Shown: piece by piece, positions 27,801 to 32,648 of the stretch
Position numbering within the stretch: position 1 is the first letter of the stretch
Layout of the letters: each line of letters opens with the position of its first letter
Virus record (IMG/VR): IMGVR_UViG_3300011339_000531
Span: 1-32,648 of that record
Source of the DNA: a virus
Lineage: Duplodnaviria; Caudoviricetes
Strand: one strand, 5' to 3'
DNA: 32,648 bases
Made by a program: the position numbers and the translations under genes
Notes under the pieces: generated by a model
Told to the model about the DNA's origin: nothing
Databases searched by the model: none
Seen by the model: only the letters and a program-made list of their open reading frames with translations

Positions 27801-28162
27801 TAATGAATGAGTATAACAAAGCTTACCATGAGTTATTTGCTGATGCACAAGAAGGTTTATCTAGAAAGCTAGGACTTATTGAAGAAGTAACACCTGATGA
27901 TGTATTTACTACTTTTGCTAGCATGCAACCTGATACAATGTTAGTTGATACTATTACAACAAGAACAGAAGAGATTGCTAAAATTAGTTCGCCAATCAAG
28001 AAACAAACTGCTCAACAAGAATTTGCTGACGAAATAGGCGAAGATAACCTAGAAAGAGTTAACTTTATCAACAAAAACTTTGACAAGATAGTAGAAGCGC
28101 TGACTGCTTCTAAGATTAATGTTTTCTTTGACGAGAACAATGAATTTAAAAAATGTGAATAA
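24899..28162 (+). CDS. Virion RNA polymerase, first (beta-like) half; possibly continuous with 19223..24895
   Basis: Motifs FAGDPALY, KRLAG, GSDAQEYTT, QPMKPVY, YIKSSSFPLIP, FRIQQDVP and GTQGRKLLF, typical of the region preceding the catalytic barrel in crAss-like RNAPs. Lacks the DxDxD motif, which is in the ORF at 28662. Confidence 0.8.
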   Translation: MQKLYKEANLPNKAKKVQMVIDQFDKAKALTNQYMSLLTTGSVKEDLELNDSEQSAGLEKLVYSDEWAFTINSKSTASADLRKFFSFVEAKNENGDLITSSLGFPEIIPFDVVYDTLHEILANKPADYVTMIDTLEVYKEKLPWLQSVIDNIEKAPERIQNEFVSDMSKHHISMQFVMWKKNPNGQYSLTRWSSNASAIKERLRRTWNNNMHNPFGGSNLIAVDPAGNYLFNAEVADYLYEIAKEWEADPSKVTNEELANWLGNFGIVLTDETYKDLRDGKYKNQGAKSWNKLFTDSAGIIKVLAKKIKNVTDQGITVEEANILNDSAVEALAALDATNNLNVFSNSFRTGGKTIYSYGNNNYLVNRMRDLTAYDEENKKFINPGLFDDLNNISFTRDSLWLKELQADTEAGQLMRSNLRLDYISLEALKQEYRAPKDDSKLKNLNIDEHEIVKLGMFFNASKKIVDGEIRRVASLFYNTMSDKSTMLTMSFLTRQVELEQEGLSKANLELLYQALVQPEVNRIRGEQSKNINGYEPNFFYFLPGLNDLMIDINGTPQSFRDIVTSKNNLYFQPEVNAAVLDYLNQTFSTLLEEKLEDWNKLGIGQTIKNEQGKVTDKNTFLDAEYMSKIAQGNAEGKVRYAAADYLFNTLIAGSEMYKLFAGDPALYAKFKQGKTIQENLEETFTNMGKRLAGDIAPGLELANSKGSSYYQVFLGDKKISSNNVLDAEQKAYFNKIVSTYSEDYSNIEGSDAQEYTTWKEHLYVMKQLGRLTQEQFNTLTRKLTNQSNGNFSEANKLSYAESLLVLQPMKPVYVGNVASKEDNADRRVYIKSSSFPLIPELTAGMQLDKLRSALENFEESKKNETSISGSPKYVRASFGTANKVGAISNKNVVEVFDDKGNVRDALSFAGISDASVLELPRENFRIQQDVPYDRDKTSVNIGTQGRKLLFVDALDLEVSKGRTGQDLMNEYNKAYHELFADAQEGLSRKLGLIEEVTPDDVFTTFASMQPDTMLVDTITTRTEEIAKISSPIKKQTAQQEFADEIGEDNLERVNFINKNFDKIVEALTASKINVFFDENNEFKKCE

Positions 28163-28675
28163 TGGATAAATTACTTACACCTGAAGAAGAAAAAGCATTA
28201 AATGTTTTCGGTAAATTTGAACTTACTGCTTCTCATGTATATCAACATTTAACAAATCGTATGAAAAGCCTTGCTTACTTCGGTGCAGAGGCATTCTTTC
28301 ATTCTGAATCTCTTGACGAGCGTACACACTATGCTAAGTTAGAAGAATTTATGAATAATATGAATTGCGAGTTAGCAGTAGAATCTTTAGATCCTGTAAC
28401 TTCTTCTGTAGCTAATATAGGAGATGCATTACAAATGGCTTACGAGATGGAATCAGATTTGTTAGCAGCATATGAAAAAGCTTATGATTCAGGAATTAGT
28501 TCTAAAGTAAAAATCTTACTTCAAGATTTTATTAACATCCAAGTATCAGCAGTAGGTGAATACGGAGATTTAATCAACAGACTTAAGCTTACAGACAACA
28601 TGCTTGTGTTTGATGCAGATTTGTTAGAGAGAAGTGAAAACGAAGGTTAAAATTTAGTATTATGGCTTGTGAATA
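28154..28675 (+). repeat. 8-bp direct repeat TGTGAATA (28154-28161 and 28668-28675) bracketing the ferritin gene
   Basis: Read directly: aaa TGT GAA TAa and gct TGT GAA TAt. Both copies encode Cys-Glu in the frame of their RNAP ORF. Spacing 514 nt. Confidence 0.85.
28162..28650 (+). CDS. Ferritin (non-haem, ferroxidase-centre type)
   Basis: 162 aa four-helix pattern: E(LTASHV)Y, GAEAFF...DERTH (ExxH), ALQMAYEME, FINIQV...E. TAATG-coupled to the upstream RNAP half. Confidence 0.87.
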   Translation: MDKLLTPEEEKALNVFGKFELTASHVYQHLTNRMKSLAYFGAEAFFHSESLDERTHYAKLEEFMNNMNCELAVESLDPVTSSVANIGDALQMAYEMESDLLAAYEKAYDSGISSKVKILLQDFINIQVSAVGEYGDLINRLKLTDNMLVFDADLLERSENEG

Positions 28676-31600
28676 TTTTGTAGGAGGTAAATATATCTCT
28701 GAAAACGAATTTAAAGCGCTTTTAAATGAAGGCCTATTAGATACTTTAGTGTCCAATAAGAAGATCGACATGAAAGGCTTTAAGGTCGATGCTACTAAAG
28801 CTATTTCACAAGAACCTAAAATAGTAAAAAGACTTACTGTACCAGCTCCTAAATTAGCAAAGATACTTGCAGACGAAGTAAAATCTAGTCAAGGATATCC
28901 TGCTAATATGCTATCAGCATTAGAGCTAAATGCATCAGGTACAGATTTTAAAATTCCTTTATGGGCTTCTCCTTATGCAGATAAGTTTGAGAGCTTACTA
29001 GCATCTCTTGTTACTAATAAAGTCATTAAACAAAAGTTCCCAGGAGGATCTTATGTACTAGGATCAGAAGAAGGATTTAAAGTTAAAGAAGGTGATGAAG
29101 CTGCAGGAGATTTAAAAAACTCCAACATTGTATTTAGTTCTAAGTTTGATCCTGTGAAGGGTTTACAACCAATGAGATATGATAAAGAGACAGGTAAAAT
29201 ACTACCTGCTCAAATTATGATACCTTTTAAGTTCCGTGATGAGCAAGGAAACATTCTTGACATTAGTCAATTTGTAAAAGACGAAGGGGGCAGACAAATA
29301 TTAGACACGTCCAAGATGCCTGAAAAACTATTACAACTATTTGGTTTCCGTATTCCTACACAGAAACGTAATTCAATGGCTGCAGTAGAGATTGTAGGAT
29401 TCTTGCCTGAAGCTTCTGGAGATTTAATCTTAGCACCAAGAGACTTTGTTAAGCAGATGGGATCGGATTTTGACGTTGATAAATTGTACACATACATGTA
29501 CAATCATTATTATTTAAACGGCAAAATATATACTAATTTTAAAAGCAGCGCTAAAGACATAGCTAAACTTACTAAAATAGTAAAAGATCAGATTACCGAA
29601 CTTAAGGATAACATGAAGATCTCTAAAGAAGAGAGAAAACTTATTGATAATTATATTAATCAAGTATTAGATGCTACCCAAGCAGGTAAAGAAATAAATG
29701 CTGATATTACTCAAAGAGCTAATGAATTAATTTCTAAAGCCATAGCAGTAAAAGCATTTAGTGAAGAAGCTAAAACAGCTTTAAACAATGCCATTACACA
29801 ACTATCTGTATTAAATAGATCCTATAAAGCAGCTAGACAAAATAAAATACTAGATCTTCACTTAGAGATGTTGACTAGTACTAATCCTGAGATTATTGCT
29901 AGTATTATAGCAACTGATACTTATGGAGAATTTGAAGGATTAGCAGCAAGACTAGCAGATATTCGTCGTAAGAAAGGGCTTATTAAAGCGCCTCTAACAA
30001 TTCTATCTGATATTTATCAAAGAGGTAAATACTTAAATGCATCAGCAGGTAAAAATGCTTTAGGTGCATTTTCTTTGGATTCTACTTTTAATGCTATTAC
30101 TCAAGGTAAAAATTTAGCGTATATCAATCTAAGTGCAGAAGAACAAGATAGACTATTCGGCAGTCCTATGAATCCTAGAACTCCTACTGCTGAAGAAATT
30201 ATGGCTGCAAATGATCCAATTGCGGCATTTGGTAATTCTATTTCTAAAGGGGATTTATCTAATAAATATACTTTGAGATCACAATTTGTGATAGCAAAAG
30301 CTAAAGCAGAGAAACGTGATTTGACTAAAGAAGAAAAAGCTTCTCTTAAACTTAAGTCTAGTATTATTGCTGCATTGCAATCTACTGCTGCAGATAATGA
30401 AAAGGGTCAGATTCTTGATAAATTAAATATCAATGACGACAGTCTTCAAGCTATTAAAGCAATGACTTTATTAGGATTTGAAGAGAATGATATTGCAGGT
30501 TTGATTACTCAAGATATCATTTGGGAATATTTCGAAACTTTAAATAAAACTCGTTCATCACTTACTGGTTACCAACAAGATGCTAAGGATAAAATTAGAG
30601 AAGCATTAATTGCTAAATACGATCCACAAGGTAAACTAAAAGGATTATCTCCTGAAGAGTATGCTGCTATGGCTAAAATGGCTGATAAATCAGGTGATGA
30701 ATTATTAGACATGCTAGCTAATAGTAAATTTAATCCTACTGTATCTACAAGCTATAACTTAAACCAACTATTTTTATTAGAAAAGTTCTTAAAATTAGAA
30801 GAAGTTGGTGCTAGCATTCACCAAGTACAATCTACTATCAATAGTGAATCAAGAGGTGTTCCTAAATCTTTATTAGAAACTGCAAACAAAGTAACGCAGA
30901 TTGAGAATTTAGGTAAGTCTATTATCTTTAATGCCTCTGAATTACTAGGCGCATATAATCCTGACACTAAAGTTTTTGAACCTACTACCATCAGCGGATT
31001 TGCTGCAATCTACGGAACAGAGTTTGCTAATACTATTTATCGACCATTCTTCCCGTACCAAACAGCAGGATTTGAGACTTTATTTCAAGAGATATTAACC
31101 CATACGCCGTCTTATAGTAAAGGACAAAGTATGGCAAAACTGACTGAAGCACAAAAGACAGTGTTTAAAGGAGTTAAGTCTTTCTTATATAGTAGCAACA
31201 ATACTAACTTGTTTACAGGAAATCCTGATCAAGAACGTAACAGATTGTTTATGGATGTAGTAGACGGTAACATGAGTCTTGCTAGCATATTACAAAATTT
31301 ATCTAGCCAAACTTGGTTTCAAAAAAATGCATTCCTCAACAAATTAGATTTTAACATCAACACTAACGGCACTCCTTCAAGAATTGAATTTGAAGCAGCG
31401 ACTGCAGAGAACTTTGATGAAAGAAATATCTATGAAGGTTTCTTGTCTTTACTAGACAAAAACTTCCCTGTAGGAACATTTAATGGCGTTGAGTATACAT
31501 CACGTAGTTTAGCACAAGAACTTGTAGCAGCTGCTTTCCTAGAAGGTGGAATGCAAGGTTCTAAGCAATATATGAAATATGTACCTATTGCATACTTAAA

Positions 31601-32648
31601 AACATTAGGATTTGGTGATTATTTATCTAACGTACCATTTAATTTTGTAAGTACTTTTAAAGGAACTCTTACTGAAGCAGGAGCAGTATATAGCCAACCT
31701 TCAGCATTTACACGTCAATACTTCCAAAATAATCCAGAGTTAGCTAAATCTGTTCTTACTGGTGACCTAGAGGGTAAACATACTAAGGCACCTGCAATGA
31801 GTTTTGTTTTAGGCAAAAAGGCAATGGAAGCTAACTTTGTAGACATTACTGATCCTATTACTAATGAGCCTACTAAAGTGCAAACGCAATTTCTATCTAT
31901 CAAAGAACCTAAAGGAAAAATTGCTTTATACGAGTTTGATGCTATAGAAAAAGTTTATCGCCGTATTCCTGTATTAAAAGATAAGTTTGGATTTGTTCAA
32001 TATAACGCAGAGAGTTCTAAACCAATTCCTTTAGAAGCTGAGAATGCTGTGCCTATTAATAAGCCAGTAGATATTCCTACTCCTAATTACAATATTCAAA
32101 ATATTCCTGCAGAGACTCATAAAGAATTTAATGTAGATAATGTAAACAATACTCAGTTGCCTGCAACTGTAGCTACGTTGCCTATATCTAAAACTCTTTC
32201 AGGAACATCAGAAGCATTAGACGATTTAATTAATGCACTAGTAGATTCAGGTGAAATATCTACAGCTAATGTATTCTTACTTAATACCTTACAAGGTTTA
32301 GTAAGACCTGATAACTTTAAATTAGTATACAGCAATGATGCTAGTATCAAGGGTAATTATAACTACGAAACTAGTACGGTAACAATTAACCCTAACCACA
32401 GTAGTATTAAGACTATTGACGATGTAGCTACTACGTTAGTACATGAATTAGTGCACTCAGCTACGGGGCTTACTATCAAACAATACGAAGCAGGGTTAAC
32501 TAATAAGTTAACTGCTGAGCAAATAAAAGCAGTTGAGAATTTAAAATCTGTTCAAAATAAATACATTGAGTATTTAGCTAGCCAAGGAAAAGCAGCTCAA
32601 TTGGCAGCATTTACTGAAGATTATAGAGCTTGGAAAAAAGGTAATAAG
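28662..32648 (+). CDS. Virion RNA polymerase catalytic (beta'-like) half with a downstream zincin-like metallopeptidase domain; 3'-truncated (more than 1329 aa)
   Basis: ATG 28662 (MACEYFVGGKY...). No stop in the portions I translated, and the same frame holds at the window end, which explains its absence from the track. FRIPTQ (RIP 29349-29357), MGSDFDVDKLY (DFDVD 29466-29480, comparable to DFDID of phi14:2 gp66), AGKNALG, ADNEK. KGNYNY...TINP...TLVHELVH (HExxH 32442-32456). Confidence 0.92.
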   Translation, partial: MACEYFVGGKYISENEFKALLNEGLLDTLVSNKKIDMKGFKVDATKAISQEPKIVKRLTVPAPKLAKILADEVKSSQGYPANMLSALELNASGTDFKIPLWASPYADKFESLLASLVTNKVIKQKFPGGSYVLGSEEGFKVKEGDEAAGDLKNSNIVFSSKFDPVKGLQPMRYDKETGKILPAQIMIPFKFRDEQGNILDISQFVKDEGGRQILDTSKMPEKLLQLFGFRIPTQKRNSMAAVEIVGFLPEASGDLILAPRDFVKQMGSDFDVDKLYTYMYNHYYLNGKIYTNFKSSAKDIAKLTKIVKDQITELKDNMKISKEERKLIDNYINQVLDATQAGKEINADITQRANELISKAIAVKAFSEEAKTALNNAITQLSVLNRSYKAARQNKILDLHLEMLTSTNPEIIASIIATDTYGEFEGLAARLADIRRKKGLIKAPLTILSDIYQRGKYLNASAGKNALGAFSLDSTFNAITQGKNLAYINLSAEEQDRLFGSPMNPRTPTAEEIMAANDPIAAFGNSISKGDLSNKYTLRSQFVIAKAKAEKRDLTKEEKASLKLKSSIIAALQSTAADNEKGQILDKLNINDDSLQAIKAMTLLGFEENDIAGLITQDIIWEYFETLNKTRSSLTGYQQDAKDKIREALIAKYDPQGKLKGLSPEEYAAMAKMADKSGDELLDMLANSKFNPTVSTSYNLNQLFLLEKFLKLEEVGASIHQVQSTINSESRGVPKSLLETANKVTQIENLGKSIIFNASELLGAYNPDTKVFEPTTISGFAAIYGTEFANTIYRPFFPYQTAGFETLFQEILTHTPSYSKGQSMAKLTEAQKTVFKGVKSFLYSSNNTNLFTGNPDQERNRLFMDVVDGNMSLASILQNLSSQTWFQKNAFLNKLDFNINTNGTPSRIEFEAATAENFDERNIYEGFLSLLDKNFPVGTFNGVEYTSRSLAQELVAAAFLEGGMQGSKQYMKYVPIAYLKTLGFGDYLSNVPFNFVSTFKGTLTEAGAVYSQPSAFTRQYFQNNPELAKSVLTGDLEGKHTKAPAMSFVLGKKAMEANFVDITDPITNEPTKVQTQFLSIKEPKGKIALYEFDAIEKVYRRIPVLKDKFGFVQYNAESSKPIPLEAENAVPINKPVDIPTPNYNIQNIPAETHKEFNVDNVNNTQLPATVATLPISKTLSGTSEALDDLINALVDSGEISTANVFLLNTLQGLVRPDNFKLVYSNDASIKGNYNYETSTVTINPNHSSIKTIDDVATTLVHELVHSATGLTIKQYEAGLTNKLTAEQIKAVENLKSVQNKYIEYLASQGKAAQLAAFTEDYRAWKKGNK

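Larger units (their letters stand above)
1..32648 (+). mobile_element. Segment of a crAss-like (Crassvirales-type) bacteriophage genome: lysis, tail, cargo and virion RNA polymerase modules
   Basis: Co-directional, tightly packed genes with TAATG overlaps. Gene order ring / IHF-like / ring / muzzle / cargo / giant RNAP matches the crAss-like virion gene block. Giant ORF carries RIP...GSDFDVDK. No host housekeeping genes seen. Confidence 0.93.

Noticed and set aside
28682-28688. Perfect Shine-Dalgarno-like AGGAGGT near the start of the catalytic RNAP ORF
   Set aside because: It lies downstream of the ATG, encodes V-G-G, and no start codon follows at a suitable distance. Bacteroidota rarely use SD sequences.
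28100-28760. Canonical split intein or group I/II intron at the RNAP break
   Set aside because: I see no intein block A or terminal HN-(C/S/T) motif and no homing endonuclease or RT. The insert is almost wholly ferritin CDS, leaving no evident room for a ribozyme core. Hint-domain HMM and Infernal scans would settle it.
421-32350. All short minus-strand ORFs in the track (60-127 aa)
   Set aside because: Each lies antisense to a long, motif-supported + strand gene and shows no recognisable motif. They are shadow ORFs.
1-32648. Genome-wide TAG-to-Gln recoding as in some gut Crassvirales
   Set aside because: Multi-kilobase ORFs are intact under the standard bacterial code. Only one suspicious TAG exists and no suppressor tRNA is visible in the window.
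1-32648. CRISPR array, tRNA/rRNA genes, diversity-generating retroelement, integrase or transposase
   Set aside because: Intergenic gaps are about 100 nt or less and show no repeat-spacer or cloverleaf pattern. No RT or recombinase motifs were found by eye. A TR/VR pair could be missed without a self-alignment.

Overview
AT-rich, densely coded, almost entirely + strand segment of a crAss-like (Crassvirales-type) phage, most likely infecting a Bacteroidota host (TTTG-N19-TAnnTTTG promoter, Bacteroidota-type lipoprotein). Gene order: end of a small probable tail-associated gene; lysis cassette (candidate unimolecular spanin, holin, Cys/His endolysin); metallophosphoesterase; two small ORFs missed by the track; tail ring / IHF-like / ring / muzzle block; three virion cargo proteins (two built from modules delimited by hydrophobic-x-x-GG motifs, one carrying ADP-ribosyltransferase-like domains); then the giant virion RNA polymerase locus. 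The RNAP locus is the most unusual part. It is broken once by a lone in-frame TAG (24893-24895, the only non-TAA stop among the + strand genes called here). It is broken again between the two halves of the polymerase core by a ferritin gene flanked by an 8-bp direct repeat (TGTGAATA). Precise removal of the 514 bp between the repeats would fuse the two RNAP halves in frame. The catalytic-half ORF (28662 to beyond 32648; DFDVD motif, HExxH zincin) is absent from the ORF track because it runs off the window. All family assignments come from motifs and synteny read by eye; no database searches were run.
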